Positions 1 to 15,099 of a stretch of 64,000 nucleotides of DNA are shown piece after piece. The position numbers and the translations under genes are program-made. Positions within the stretch are counted from its first letter, which is position 1. Every line of letters starts with the position of its first letter. Origin of the DNA: Eledone cirrhosa (lineage: Eukaryota); NCBI GenBank assembly GCA_964016885.1, contig OZ024753.1, forward strand, positions 41,974,001-42,038,000, in the 5' to 3' direction. Below the pieces are notes generated by a model. That model made no database searches, had not been told where the DNA came from, and saw only the letters and a program-made list of their open reading frames with translations.

Positions 1-621
1 GTTTACAACAGATGTCATACAATAAGTCCTGGTTTACAACAGATGTCATACAATAACAGTCCTGGTTTACAACAGATGTCATACAATAAGTCCTGGTTTA
101 CAACAGATGTCATACAATAACAGTCCTGGTTTACAACAGATGTCATACAATAACAGTCCTGGTTTACAACAGATGTCATTATACCATAACAATCCTGGTT
201 TACAACAGATGGCATATGCCATAACAGTCCTGGTTTACAGCAGATGTCATATACCATAACAGTCTTGGTTTACAACAGATGTTATATACCATAACAGTCC
301 TGATTTACAACAGATGTCATATTATACCATAACAGTTCTGGTTTACAACAGAAGTCCTATACCATAACAGTCCTGGTTTACAACAGATGTCATATCTTAC
401 CATAACAGTCCTGGTTTACAACAGATGTCATATCTTACCATAACAGTCCTGGTTTACAACAGATGTCATATCTTACCATAACAGTCCTGGTTTACAACAG
501 ATGTCATATCTTACCATAACAGTCCTGGTTTACAACAGATGTCATATCTTACCATAACAGTCCTGGTTTACAACAGATGTCATACTATACCATAACAGTT
601 CTGGTTTACACCAGATGTCAT
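1..621. repeat. Minisatellite, 31-37 bp unit (GTTTACAACAGATGTCAT..CATAACAGTCCTG)
   Basis: About 17 tandem copies read directly; the array runs off the window start. Confidence 0.95.
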
Positions 622-659
622 TGATATAAATTAACAACAAAAATGTTTTATGAGAAATT

Positions 660-1235
660 GTTCACCAAGCCTGGCTATTATTGAAGAGATTTCACTTTCC
701 ATGTAGATATTTATACCATGAATACAAAGTGAGTGAATGATTCGTTGACATTACTAAACTACACACAATGAATGAATTAACCTACTACACATAAAAACTG
801 ACATATCAAAGACCTCATAATTAATTACACGGAGTGAAGATACATTCAGAAACTGTTTATATATTCACGACTATGTCGAATCAAATGACTATTCTGTGAT
901 GCGCCAATTACATCTTCAAATATCAAAATAGCGGAGACAACTTGAATGTCAATGGGGTGGAACAAAACTAACAGTTCACAGAGAAATATTAAAGGAACAA
1001 TAACAACAACAAAACTGTGTACGAGATGATATCACAAAAAATAACAAAACCAACCTAGTATTATTCTAATATGGTAAATTAAAATATAGGTGACCAAAAA
1101 GCTTTGTATAAATGCTGAATCAAAGATAAACGTTTCCACCCTGGTCACTTGATGACTCAGAACTTCTTGTAAACTCCTTTTCGGAAATATTTTATTAATA
1201 AAATCAAAATTATTCGTGATGTCCTAGCTTCAGTT
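660..1235 (+). mobile_element. Decayed L2/CR1-clade LINE ORF2 fragment (end of AP endonuclease plus linker)
   Basis: Frameshifted translations give 'DFTFHVD' (GDFNxH), 'PTTHKN.HIKDLII' (PTH..GHTLDL), 'RRQLECQWGGTKLTVHREILKEQ', 'YYSNMVN.NIGDQKALYK' and 'DDSELLVNSFSE.FINKIKIIRDVL', in the expected order. Confidence 0.7.
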
Positions 1236-1339
1236 AAATCAACAAACAGCAAAACGCAGACACCGAGTCTCCAAAATTCAAAGAAAGACGGAATCAGTCT
1301 GAGGAAGATACTATAGTTGAAGTAAAAGAGACTGTAAGG

Positions 1340-1552
1340 TGATAACCACCCAAGTCATGTTGTCCAAGGGAAAGGTAATGGCCGATACAGCTTGGCACCA
1401 GTGACGTAGCAACTCATTTATACAGCTGAGTAAACTGCAGCAACATGAAATAAAGTGTCTTGCTCAAGAACACAACACAAAGCCCAGTCCGAGAATCGAA
1501 CACAACTTCGCGATTGTAAGCCCTACGCTCTAACCACTAAACCATGTGCCCT
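1340..1552 (-). mobile_element. tRNA-derived SINE with CORE-like domain (family S2)
   Basis: Minus strand has an A box TGGTTTAGTGG, a B box GTTCGATTC and TGTGTTCTTGAGCAAGACACTT. Related copies at ~2570-2853, 10150-10285, 30574-30710, 44332-44548, 47070-47205. Confidence 0.8.
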
Positions 1553-1584
1553 CAGGTTATTATTAACAGTGAGGAATTACAAAG

Positions 1585-1870
1585 ATGACCGGAAGTGTCA
1601 TTTTCACCAGCGAATATTTACGAAATAACCGGAAGTTCTCTGTAATTTTAAAAATGACGGCTTTCTCTAGGTTCTCAGTAGCAGATGTGACTAGCGTCGA
1701 GTTGAATTTGATGCAGGGGCAGGTTACTCGAATCCTGGAGCCGTTCTAATGCTGTGTGATGTTAAAAGACTCTCTCTCTCTCAATAGGCTGGCTAGCAAT
1801 GATCACCAACTGCGCATGCATTTCCGTTGAACATTCGCCCTGAGCGATCATCAGCTTAGCACGTGCAGGG
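1585..1870. promoter_or_regulatory. Possible promoter-like motif cluster
   Basis: Two CCGGAAGT (ETS-type) sites at ~1590 and ~1629, TGCGCATGC (NRF1-type) at ~1812 and CACGTG at ~1860. No downstream gene seen. Confidence 0.25.
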
Positions 1871-1893
1871 AACATTTTAGATACCGTCTTGCA

Positions 1894-1985
<92 letters not shown>

Positions 1986-3099
1986 TTTATTATACACACG
2001 CATACATATATATAGCTATATGTTCCTTACACACATTACACACTCGTATATATAAATATATACAGTAATTACAATGTGGGAGAAAGGAAGAGTATGATAA
2101 ACAGAAAATGAGAAAGTGATATATATAGAGGAAGTATCAACCTCAGTATTAAGCTGGTATCTTTTTATCGAACTCAAAAGGATGAAAGGCAAAGGTAACT
2201 TCAGTGGGTATTGAACTCAGAGCACAGAATACCAGAACGAACACCGCAAAACCTTCTAACGACTCTGCCAAGTCGCCGCCATTATAGAAGATGGCAGCTG
2301 TATAAAGTGCAGAGAAATATCAGTGGAGGCAAGTCGTGGATGAGGTAGATCGAGGATGACGTACTGAAGACCGACCGAGGAAGTTGAAGCTCACGGCAGA
2401 GATGACAAAGGACCACCAGGTTTGGAGAGAGAGAGAGAGAGAGAGAGTCGACCCCAATATTAATCTGGTACATTTTGTTATCGACTTCGAAAGGATGAAA
2501 GTCAAAGTTGGCCTCGGTGGAATTTGAACTGAGAAAGCAGAGAGCTGGTATGAATACCAATAAAAGGTAAAGGGTAAAGAGCCCCTTCGGTCACGGAATG
2601 ACCGTGGGATTTGAACCTAGAAAGTTTCCCCTCCGAGGCACAAGTCCCAGGAAGGTTGTTTGGGGGGAAGACCAGCAATTGTAATCCATACCAGCGTCCC
2701 CTCTCCACGCCACCGATGATGTCCAAAGGAAAGGCAATGGCTGATACAGCTTGTCACCAGTGACATCACAACTCATATATACCGGTCAGGGAATCAAATT
2801 CACAATGTTCCGATTGCAAGCTCATGCTCTAACCACTAAGCCACGCGCCTTCACATACAAACATACAAAACTAAAATAACACAAATGCATGAAGAATGTA
2901 CTTCAGTACAGAGATGTATATTTAACTATTCATCTATTTATGTTATATATTATATACATTTAAACATTTTTCTAATTATTCCTTGCTTTGAAAAAAAAAA
3001 AAATATATATATATATGTTTTCTTTCGCTTGTGCCTTATCTCTCTTGCTAACTACAACCAATTATGTCGGACGCGAAGCTATGCCCCCCCCCCTCTCTG

Positions 3100-3197
<98 letters not shown>

Positions 3198-3278
3198 AAG
3201 AACTATTTATATATTTATCTCGCTTTCTTTCTCTCTCATATATATATATATATGAGTGTGTATAGATATATATGCGTT

Positions 3279-3412
<134 letters not shown>

Positions 3413-3521
3413 AAGAACTATTTATATATTTATCTCGCTTTCTTTCTCTCTCATATATATATATGTGTGCGTGTGTCTGTATATATATATGAGTGTGTCT
3501 GTATATATATGTGTATATATA

Positions 3522-3558
<37 letters not shown>

Positions 3559-3861
3559 TATACATACATTATATACAGACAGTGCTCTATCTATATATTT
3601 ATATACGGAGAGAAACAATTCTGTCAAAGAATTCCACAAATAAATAACATTCCTAAAACCTGATTATATGTAACTCACAGTGACAAGAGTTCTTTGGGAG
3701 TATGTATGTCTATGTATATACATCTGTATGTCTATGTATATATATGTGTATGTATATATGTGTATATATGTGTGTGTATGTGTCTGTGCATGTGTAAATC
3801 GTTGAATAGTTTATAATCTAGCAAGTATTTTACTATGGAAGATAGCACGTGCGTAGATGTG

Positions 3862-3900
<39 letters not shown>

Positions 3901-3957
3901 ATATATATATAGATATATGTGTGTCTGTGTATGTATATATATATATATGTGTGTATG

Positions 3958-3994
<37 letters not shown>

Positions 3995-4154
3995 ATGTAT
4001 GTATATATATGTGTATGTATATATATATATGTGTGTGTGTGTATATATATATATATATGTGTGTGTGTATGTGTATGTATATATATGTGTGTGTTTTATA
4101 GATATAGATATATGTATGTATGTATATATATATATATGTGTGTGTGTGTGTATG

Positions 4155-4203
<49 letters not shown>

Positions 4204-4467
4204 GTGTGTGTGTGTGTGTCTAAATGTTCTCTGAAAAGAAACACATGTTTGACTTGTGTGTGAGTGTTTGTGTAAATGTATGACTCGCTAGTGTACATGT
4301 GTAAATATATGTGTGTGTGTGTGTGTGTAAATATATGCTTCACTAGTGTACATGTATAAATGTGTGCGTGTGTGTGTGTGTGTGTAAATATATGCTTCAC
4401 TAGTGTACATGTGTAAATGTGTATGTGTGTGTGTGTAAATATATGCTTCACTAGTGTACATGTGTAA

Positions 4468-4501
<34 letters not shown>

Positions 4502-4603
4502 ATATGCTTCACTAGTGTACATGTGTAAATGTGTGTGTGTGTGTACGTATGCTTCGCTCGTGAGCATGTGTAAATGTAAATATATGTTTGTGTGTAAATG
4601 TAT

Positions 4604-4651
<48 letters not shown>

Positions 4652-4844
4652 TAAGTATAGGGTAAGAGAAACACATGTGGTGAATTAAAATATATTTCGA
4701 TCCTCGTCTTTCCAGGAATAAACAGACTTCACTTCAATTGCTTCATTATTCCCTCTACTTCTTTTTAATTCTTTCTCGCGATCCCTCCCTCTCTCTCACA
4801 TGACCCATCCCTCTAATTCTCTCTCTCTCACGACACATCCCTCT

Positions 4845-4906
<62 letters not shown>

Positions 4907-5671
4907 TGACCCATCCTTCTAATTCTCTCCCTTACGACTCATTCCTCCAGTCCTCTCTCTCTCACGACCCATCCCTCTAATTCTGTCTCTCATGACCCAT
5001 CATTCTAATTCTCTCAGGTACTGGACGGACGAAATCTCACGATGTCATGAAAGGCCATTGATATTATATGAAAACCTACAAAATAGTGTTTTGTTTTTAT
5101 TAGATACAAAAAAAAAAGGGAAGAAGAAACTAAAAGGAAATGAAAAGGAGAAAAAGAAAGAAGGATCAAGCAACAAAAGAAAGAGAGAGGAGTAAGGGAT
5201 GAACACGACACCCCAGTACCTCAGTCGCGCCCCGCAGACAAAATGGCCGCACTCGATTCAAGCGACTTTCTCTTCTAGTCCAAGTTGCTGACCTTGTGTC
5301 AAAATTTCTTGAATTTTCCCCGCTTACTTTTTACTCGATGTAAACCTGTGTTGTGTTGTTTTTCTCTCCCTCGTATTGTCCCCAAGGTCGTGTGTTCTTG
5401 TGGTCAATATAAGAAATCATTGTTGCTATTATTAAGAGAGATAGTGAGTAGACAGCAGAAACGGTTGAGCGCCGCACTCAATAACTGTCGGTAGATTTAT
5501 GTTCAAAGTTGAAATCCCCACGGGGGTAGCTTTGAAGTTTTCAATGCCCTTGTTTAGAAGTCGTTAAACTAAGTACCAGTCAAGTATTTAGGGGTTGCGG
5601 TCTCACAGGGCAACACCACTCCCTAAATATTTCTGTCTTTGTTCTTCGAAAATTAGAAATCAGTTTTGATA

Positions 5672-5850
5672 TTCTGAGTTCAAATCCCGCCGAGGTTAAC
5701 TTTGCCTTTCATCCTTACGGGGTCGATAAAATAAAGTACCAGTAATACACTGGGATAATTGCTGGCTTTGTGCCAAAAGTAGAAACAATTATTAGTTAGG
5801 GCGGCGGATTGGCAGAATCGATAGAGCATCGGACAATATGCTTCGCGGCA
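5672..5850 (+). mobile_element. tRNA-derived SINE family S1 (3' part followed by the head of a second copy)
   Basis: GAGTTCAAATCCCGCCGAGGTTAACTTTGCCTTTCATCCTTACGGGGTCGATAAAATAAAGTACCAGT...GCCAAAAGTAGAAACAATT; many copies in the window. Confidence 0.85.
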
Positions 5851-5910
5851 TATCACATGTGCCAATATACATTACTATAGTGTACCTTGTGTGTGTATAT
5901 ATATATATAT

Positions 5911-6021
5911 AAGGATTTCCTGCGAATGAAACAGTTCTAGTCCTGTAGAAGCCATTCCTATATTAAATATTGTATATACTCTACTATGTATTGAGTACCT
6001 TACTTACTGTGGTTACCCGGG
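5911..6021 (+). mobile_element. HHR element family A, 5'-truncated inside the ribozyme core
   Basis: GAATGAAACAGTTCTAGTCCTGTAGAAGCC plus tail matches the copies at 11.2 and 28.4 kb; preceded by (TA)n. Confidence 0.75.
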
Positions 6022-6023
6022 AT

Positions 6024-6110
<87 letters not shown>

Positions 6111-6113
6111 CAT

Positions 6114-6146
<33 letters not shown>

Positions 6147-6283
6147 CATACACACACACATATATATATATATACATACACACACACATATATATATATC
6201 AAATGAAATACTTATATACTTAACTGTAGTGTATAGTGTGTAGATATCAAATGAAATACCTATATACGTAACTGTAGCGTATA

Positions 6284-6382
<99 letters not shown>

Positions 6383-8039
6383 AAATAAAACACCAATATA
6401 CGCAACTGTCTATCACGAATTAACATTTCCCAAAACAATGTATCAGACATAATCCCGTTTAGGATTACACAATTGTTGAGGTTTGAAATGTTAATATGGT
6501 GCTAGAGTGAAACATTATTGGATAACAATTCAAGACGAAGGAAGAATAGAAAAGATCTGGTAATACAAGGGGAGAAATGTGGTCTGGGTCCCTGAAAACA
6601 ACAAGACTAATGTACCTTTAAACTTTCCTTTACTGCAAATGTTCACAATCTCTCAACTCATAAAATACTATATACATTTGAATTTAAAAAAAACCCTACC
6701 CATATTAAACCATAAAAGCGAGGCAATATTTAAAAATACGAACCAGTACTGTGTCTAACACTATATCACATTAAAAATTGAAGTTTTTACACTAATATTG
6801 TAAATTTCACAGCAATCTATCCACTAGTTAGGATGCTAACATTTGATACTAACCAGTCTTTAGATATTTTCTGCTAAATCATTGCAGGATGTGAAGAGTT
6901 AAAGACAAGTACAAGACGGTGCTCCAAGGAATCTCCAAAATATCTGTGAAGGGGTCAAGAATTGTATTATGGACAGCAGAAGCAGAAGCCCTTTACAAAT
7001 TCTTGAAGCTCTTATTACTGATGCCAAGAAATAGTACGACCCAAAAGGTCCCAGTCTCAGATACTTAGCCTTTCATACTTTCGAAGTCGATATAAAAAGT
7101 ACCAGTCTTGTACTGGGGTCGATTCTTTCTTTATATCTCTTTCTTACTTCCATTCTCTATCACTCCCTCTCCTTCTCTGGAACAAATCTGGCTGTATTCA
7201 GACCTGGAGAGGAGAAGGGCTCCGCCAGGTTTTATAAACACTCTAGCAACGCCATATGTCAATACGGCACCCCAACGACTTCCTCAGGTGTTATGGGACT
7301 ACACCATACCATGCTATATAAAAGAAAATTACAGGTAACAAAATATGTTAAAAGGTAGTAGAGCTGCTCAAGACAGCAGAGTTTCAGGGTATGGGCATTA
7401 CAATAATCAGTTTTGTTCTGTTATAAACTAAAAAGAAAAACAACACAACAGAGCCTACTGTCTATTTTATTCCTCGGGTAACGCTGAAATAATTGTTTCT
7501 ACTTTTGGCACAAGGCCAGCAATTACCCAGTACATTACTGGTACTTTATTTTATCGACCCCGTAAGGATGAAAGGCGCGATTTGAACTCAAAGCATGGTG
7601 TCTACCAATACTGCCAATCCACCTGAAATAATGTTAACCTTTTCGTTACCGTGGAGAAAAACCACGGAAAACAGCCAGCGACACACACTGCATCAGCCAC
7701 TTCACTTCACGAGGCTCCTTTCTCAAGCAAGAATCATTCCTCCTGGCACGGACTGTGATAGAAATTTACACAAGCCTGTGTGTGTGTGAGTAGCATGGTA
7801 GAATACCGGATTAGAGGCAGCGACATGGTAGAATACCGGATTAGAGGAATTGACATTATATACTGATAAGATAATTACTTATACTACACCGGAAGCGACT
7901 CTATCAGTCAATTTAAAACATGGCATTGTGCCGAAAACATCAATAATAGTGCGACTTATGTAGCAACATACACAGAAGCACCTCTCTCTCTCTCATATAC
8001 ATATATATATATATTTGTGTGTGCGTACGTGCATATGCA

Positions 8040-8104
<65 letters not shown>

Positions 8105-8393
8105 AGTACATGTATGTGTATGTGTAGGTGTATTTATTTACACAAACACACATACACACACACGTGTGTGTGTATGTGTGTGTAGAGAGAGATGTATATA
8201 TGTATGCATGTGTGTGTATTTATTAAGGCTTGAATACCTTACAATTCTACAATTGTTTCCATACATCAAAGGTATCAGATATTTCAAAGGACTTTTTTAC
8301 AAAGTTACCTTTGAAAAGGTGTCTTTGTATTCAAACTATTCTACAATCGTAAAACATTGAATTCCTAATAAATTAATTTACACACACACACAT

Positions 8394-8425
<32 letters not shown>

Positions 8426-8527
8426 TATATATATATATATATATATAATTCTTCAAAAAGACTTGTTAGTTTTTGTTCAGATCGTGTAGCTTTTTGTTTT
8501 GCGATGTGATCTTTCACTTCAAATATA

Positions 8528-8596
<69 letters not shown>

Positions 8597-8754
8597 TGTT
8601 TATCCACATTTAGCTGTAAAAGGGGTGGGGATTTACCTCAGTTGCTACAAAATTCTGGGCAACAAAATGTGATAAACGTGTTAATAAGAATAATAAGTTA
8701 ATTTAACAGCAGCTTTTCACATGCTGAACTAATATATATATATATTTCTAACAT

Positions 8755-8845
8755 TTTTCTATTACTCACTCTACTACCCTGAGTATTGAGTACTCTGGTG
8801 CGTTATGGTCCATCTGGTTCCTTACCACACCTCCTTCGTTATATA
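8755..8845 (+). mobile_element. Tail of HHR element family B
   Basis: CACTCTACTACCCTGAGTATTGAGTACTCTGGTGCGTTATGGTCC...CCTTCGTTATA is shared with copies at 17.3, 29.8, 50.0 and 62.9 kb. Confidence 0.8.
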
Positions 8846-9010
8846 TATAGTTGACTTAGTTTCTCTTTCAACGGTGCTTCTCTCCTTCACACATTACCAC
8901 AATTCCTACTTATTCATAACACCTGCTTTTCTGACAGACATTGAAAGTTTTTACACATATATACACTCACAGAGAGAGAAAGAGATGTGTATAACTAGAT
9001 ACATATATAT

Positions 9011-9086
9011 ACTGGGTGTCCAAAAAAATGTATGTACACTTCAACAACATCTTAATAAAAGTGTGTATACATTTTTGTTTTACACC

Positions 9087-9091
<5 letters not shown>
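9011..9091. mobile_element. Tc1/mariner-type MITE
   Basis: TA-flanked imperfect TIRs (CAGGGTGT...AAAAATGTATAC). Related copies at 17681-17780 and 62418-62505. Confidence 0.7.
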
Positions 9092-9124
<33 letters not shown>

Positions 9125-9825
9125 AGAGATATGCATATATATATATACATATATACACACAAATATGTATGTATATGTGTGTGTATATATATACATGTGT
9201 GTGCATATATGTGTGCGTGTGTGCCTATATATATGTGTGAGTGTGTGTGTGTGTGTGTGTGTGTATTAACGACCTTCTCGTTTATTCACGTTACTAAACA
9301 CACTTCATATTTTTCCACATAGTTTTACTATTTCTTCTCTTTATAATTTCTTATATTGTTCCCTCATAATTTATAAATGATTTACTTGCAAGTGAAGAAT
9401 TATTGGCGGAGTTTCAGCTGTTATTTTGCTGCATTATTAAGACCTATACTTTGAATATAATTCTTGAAGAAGAATTATTATTATCTTAAAGATATTTTGG
9501 CAAATGTATTTGTCTGTTTAGAAATTGTAATTGTTTCAACAGTTTTTGGGGGGTTTTGGGGTTTTTTTTTTTTTTAGTAGTGTTTATATTTAATTTATTT
9601 GTTGATAATTTTTTTCTACAAGAAGCTGTGAATTGGCGGAGTTATTAGAACGTCAGATAGAAACGGTTGTATTTGTTTGGGCTCTCCGCTCTCCCTGAGT
9701 TTAAATCCCGCCGAGGTCAGCTTTGCCCTTCATCCATTATTCAACATTGATAAAAAGAAAAGTACCAGTGAAGTACTGGGGTCGATTCTTCCTCTATATC
9801 TCACTTCCATTCTCTCACTTTCTAC

Positions 9826-9887
<62 letters not shown>

Positions 9888-9943
9888 CGGTAAACAATAA
9901 AATATATATATATATATATACAATATTAATTTTATTATAGAAA

Positions 9944-9997
9944 TGACTTCTACATGACTATAACTGTTTCATTCGTAAGAAATCATCAGGAAAGTCA
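9944..9997 (-). ncRNA. Type I hammerhead ribozyme, family A
   Basis: Minus strand reads UGACUUUC-CUGAUGA-UUUC UUAC GAAU-GAAA-CAG UUAUAGUC AUG-UA-GAAGUCA. Stem I changes sequence but keeps pairing relative to the 28376 copy. Confidence 0.75.
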
Positions 9998-10078
9998 AAG
10001 TACCTTTTTTGACAGTCGCCTCCACACACACACACATATATATATATGAATATTATATATATATATGAATATTATATA

Positions 10079-10153
<75 letters not shown>

Positions 10154-10753
10154 CAAAAGCAACACGAAATGAAGTGTCTTGCTCAAGAACACAACGTTCC
10201 GCCCTGTTCTGGAATCGAACTGACGACATTATGATGTATGATCGTGAGTTCAACTCCCTAACAAATAGGCCACATACTTTCACGCTACACCCCATGGTGC
10301 AATAGGAGATAATCATATCGGAGCGGCATACGGTAGTTAATGAGGTCAAAAATAGGTTTAGAGTGAGGCAGATTTCTCCCAGGCTGTAAAATTAATACAA
10401 GTTCATTAGCATTTGGCGTTGATTCAATAGATATATACCACTGATTATCACCAGTAAATGGGAATTTATACCAAAATACCAAAAGTAATCAATAACATGA
10501 TTTCTACAACTTCTGATAGTCTTTACTTTGATTTAGAACATAAAACATGGTTTATAGACAGTCGTGATGATTCTCCGCTGTGAAGATACGTTGAAAGCAT
10601 GGAAACATGGCGGAAATAAAATAACGCATAAGATGGAGATATGGCGGCTTCGATACTCATTTCTTTTACTTCCAAGGGATTAAAGATTGGCACCAAATGA
10701 AGCCAGAATCGTAGATTCATAATAGAATATATATCTGACTTCTGACACCAATG

Positions 10754-10795
<42 letters not shown>

Positions 10796-10800
<5 letters not shown>

Positions 10801-11157
10801 CCTGTGTGAGGAGCGCGATGCTGCATGGTAGTGAGACATGGGCAGCAACAGCAGAGGATATGCGACGGCTGGAGAGAAATGAGGCAAGCATGCTCCGTTG
10901 GATGTGCAGTGTAAATGTGCGAGAATGACCCAGCATAAATGTGTTGAGAGAGAAACTGTGTCTGAGAGGGATAGAATGTAGTGTACGGGAGAGGAGACTG
11001 GGGTGGTATGGACATGTGATGCGCATGGAGGATGACCGATGGGTGAAGAAGTGCCAGGAAATGCCAGTTGAAGGAAGACGTGGTAGAGGTAGACCACGAA
11101 AAACATGGGCGCAGGGAAAAGCGGACGTAAAATGATGATGATGATGATGATGATGAT
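10796..11157 (+). mobile_element. RTE-clade LINE 3' end (ORF C-terminus plus (ATG)n tail)
   Basis: YDACVRSAMLHGSETW...RRLERNEASMLRWMC..*..LREKL...RRLGWYGHVMRMEDDRWVKKC..VEGRRGRGRPRKTW, then CGGACGTAAAA(TGA)n. The same tail occurs at 13618-13660 (-) and ~49527-49566. Confidence 0.9.
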
Positions 11158-11169
11158 ATATATATATAT

Positions 11170-11201
<32 letters not shown>

Positions 11202-11204
<3 letters not shown>

Positions 11205-11360
11205 AATGGCTTCTACAGGACTAGAACTGTTTCATTCGGGAATGTCTCTCGAATGAAACAGTTCTAGTCCTGTAGAAGCCATTTCTATATTAAATATTTG
11301 TACTCTGCTATGTATTGAGTACCTTACTTACTGTGGTTACCCCCGATTGAACCCAGGATA

Positions 11361-11362
<2 letters not shown>
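11202..11362 (+). mobile_element. HHR element family A, fold-back copy
   Basis: Inverted repeat 11202-11286 turns in stem II (core lost), followed by the family A tail and (TA)n. Confidence 0.8.
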
Positions 11363-11409
<47 letters not shown>

Positions 11410-11602
11410 GGGTATAAATATAGCAGATACCAATCGATTTGTTTGAGGTAGTCACAAAGCACTCGACGTTGTGAAAAATTAACACATTTTCATCCATACT
11501 AAACAGTAAAAGTTAAGAAAGTGTAAAACCAAGAATAAAGTGACCAAATGCATGTGACCATAATAATACCACAACATCGTCGAATACTGACCTCTGAAAG
11601 AC

Positions 11603-11679
<77 letters not shown>

Positions 11680-12885
11680 CTATGTCCTTCAGAGGTTTGG
11701 CAGCCTAACTGAAACTCTGGAAAAAAGTGACTTGGTCTGTTTGTTGTAACTAAACCAAATAGATCAAGGAAGAGTCATTTTAGCCACAGTTGAACATGTC
11801 TGGTAACTGAGTTGATCTGAGACTGTGTTGAAACTAGAGCAATTACAGCATGAAAGAGTCGTTTTAGCCACAGTTGTGGCAACTAGCAAATGACTTGATA
11901 CGAGACCTTGTGTAGTGTGTTTAAACTAATTCTGTATTTAAACTGATGCAAACGTAGGCAAGATTATTCCCCCTTGGTAAAGTTATTGAAAAAGTAAAAC
12001 AAAGAAGGAAAATCAGTGGTCCCAATACGTCTCAGTATTATTTAAATATGTTGTCTAATTCTTTGTTGAACTGATGTGATAAATATATTGCCAGTGTTAA
12101 GTATCTAATAGGAATTATGGTCTTGGCAGTTGTAATTAAGGATTAAGAATCCTCGAAATTAGTTTTCGGATGACTGAAGCCGCCATTGAATTCCGTTTGA
12201 AGTAAATGTCAATTCTGTATTCTCTTACGGTAAAGAAAATGGATCATTAAACACGAAATTGCTTTGGATCTGCTGCTTAGGTACCATTTATATAGAAAAC
12301 GGTCGAATAATGAGCTCTGTAGTTAGACTTCACTGCGCATGTCTGGACTGACTGTTACTGAGAAAGGACGTTACAATATGTAAGGGTCTATATATCTATA
12401 TTGAAATTGAAGAAATAATCTAACTCAAGGATTCAATGAAAAACTTGCAATGGACTGTAGACGTGTTCACATATCTCCCGTAAGTTTCATTACTTAATCT
12501 ATCAAATATTCTTACAGTAATATATATATATAGTATAAGAATGAAGAATAACATGGTCGGCTGTACAGAAGGGTTTATTTACAGAATTAACAATTGTTTC
12601 GTTAATTTCACAACCTCTAGCTGGATTACCTTAAACAATACCTTGTTATCCTATATATATATATAATGGTGAAAATAAACGGAAAACAACATAGCAAACA
12701 ATACAGTACATTGAAGATATATATATATATATTAGTTTAATGTTTGATGTAGTAGGAAAAAAGTCTTAACATTTCGGACATCAAAAGACAGAATGGGAAA
12801 TAAAAGAGATAGAAAAATAGACGCGAGGGAGAAACGGAAAATTTTTTTTTTTTTTTTTAGAAAAAGCACTTGTGCGTTCAGTCAG

Positions 12886-12953
<68 letters not shown>

Positions 12954-13011
12954 AAGCGTGAACCTAATATAACTACGATTGCCTCCTCTGTTTTGTTCGT
13001 TCATTTTCACC

Positions 13012-13059
<48 letters not shown>

Positions 13060-13099
13060 TGTATGTATGTATGTATGTATGTGTGTATATATATATATC

Positions 13100-13299
13100 T
13101 GGAGATCTCTCTGCACTTGTCATCACTTGGTACCATGGGCCCAGCACTATGTGTCAATAATTGTCACAAGTGTAGTGTTTATACCAGAGTTTTCAAGTCG
13201 CTGGCTGGACTAAAAAGTCACAGTCGTTCAGTGCATCGGTAGGGGTTCTCCTACATGGATATAAAGTAGTGGCCGTACTCGAAAACGAGTTGGCAGCCA

Positions 13300-13303
<4 letters not shown>
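13100..13303 (+). mobile_element. RTE-type LINE 3' fragment with a degenerate C2H2 zinc finger
   Basis: HKCSVYTRVFKSLAGLKSHSRSVHR* followed by a short 3' UTR; this resembles the zinc-finger C-terminus of RTE ORFs. Confidence 0.55.
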
Positions 13304-13352
<49 letters not shown>

Positions 13353-13462
13353 AGTGGAAGCTTATATATATATTTATATATCCATATATTATTGACGAAA
13401 GCAAGAATGAGTACTCAATAACATACTAGAAATTAATAGTATGTTAATATCGAGTCAGTGAC

Positions 13463-13508
13463 CTATTACTCGAGAGTTTCTCGTGTGTTACCAGGCTCTT
13501 CAGACCCT
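13463..13508 (-). ncRNA. Degenerate hammerhead motif
   Basis: Minus strand reads GGGU-CUGAAGA-GCCUGGUAACACACGA-GAAA-CUC UC GAG-UA-AUAG. Core and stem III are intact; stems I and II are weak. Confidence 0.45.
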
Positions 13509-13588
13509 GCGTCACACAGTTAAGCACAAGCTGAAGAGATATTCCACAATAATTCGTTTCACTACGACATTTGACAACTTGATCGGTG

Positions 13589-13619
<31 letters not shown>

Positions 13620-13910
13620 CATCATCATCATCATCATCATTTTACGTCCGCTTTTCCCTGATTGCAATATATATATATGTATATATACATGTATGTATAT
13701 ATATGTATATATACATGTATGTATATATATGTATATATACATGTATGTATATATATATACATATACATATATATATACATATATATATATACATATATAT
13801 ATACATATATATATACATATATATATATACATATATATATACATATATATATATACATATATATATACATATATATATATATATACATATATATATACAT
13901 ATATATATAC

Positions 13911-13941
<31 letters not shown>

Positions 13942-14427
13942 CATATATACATATATATACATATATATATATATATACATATATACATATATATATACAT
14001 ATATATATACATATATATACACATATATATACATATATATACATATATACATATATATATATACATATATATACATATATATATATACATATATATACAT
14101 ATACATATATATATATATAAATATATATATACATATATATATATACATATATATAAATATATATATACATATATATATATACATATATATATACATATAT
14201 ATATACATATATATACATATACATATATATATATATATATAAATATATATATACATATATATATATACATATATATACATATATATATACATATATATAC
14301 ATATACATATATATATATATATATAAATATATATATACATATATATATATACATATACATATATATATACATATATATACATATATATATATAAATATAT
14401 ATACATATACATATATATATATCGTAA

Positions 14428-14615
14428 TAATTGTTTCTACTTTTGGCACAAGGCCAGCAATTATCCCAGTGTATTACTGGTACTTTATTTTATCGACCCC
14501 GTAAGGATGAAAGGCAAAGTTAACCTCGGCGGGATTTGAACTCAGATCGTAAAGGGACGTAACTCTATGCTTCAAAGCATGGCGTCCGACGCTCTACCGA
14601 TACTGGCAATCCATA
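14428..14615 (-). mobile_element. SINE family S1, near full length
   Basis: Reverse complement of the S1 consensus with A and B boxes. Confidence 0.85.
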
Positions 14616-14649
14616 ATAATAAATGTGAAGCAGCGATTCTGTTATTTTA

Positions 14650-14680
<31 letters not shown>

Positions 14681-14687
14681 TATATAC

Positions 14688-14796
<109 letters not shown>

Positions 14797-14811
14797 TACA
14801 TATATATATAT

Positions 14812-14910
<99 letters not shown>

Positions 14911-15029
14911 TACATATATATATATACATATATATATATTATAGGTTTATTAGTCTCTAATACTTTGTTTATATTCCCAAAATCAGAGTTTTTTCTCATT
15001 TAATTTTAATATATATATATGTGTGTGTG

Positions 15030-15099
<70 letters not shown>

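Noticed and set aside
13483-14449. Long ORFs up to 303 aa (YI/YT-rich), and similar ones at 3.7-4.6, 29, 42.6 and 51 kb
   Set aside because: They are translations of TA/CA microsatellites, open in several frames on both strands.
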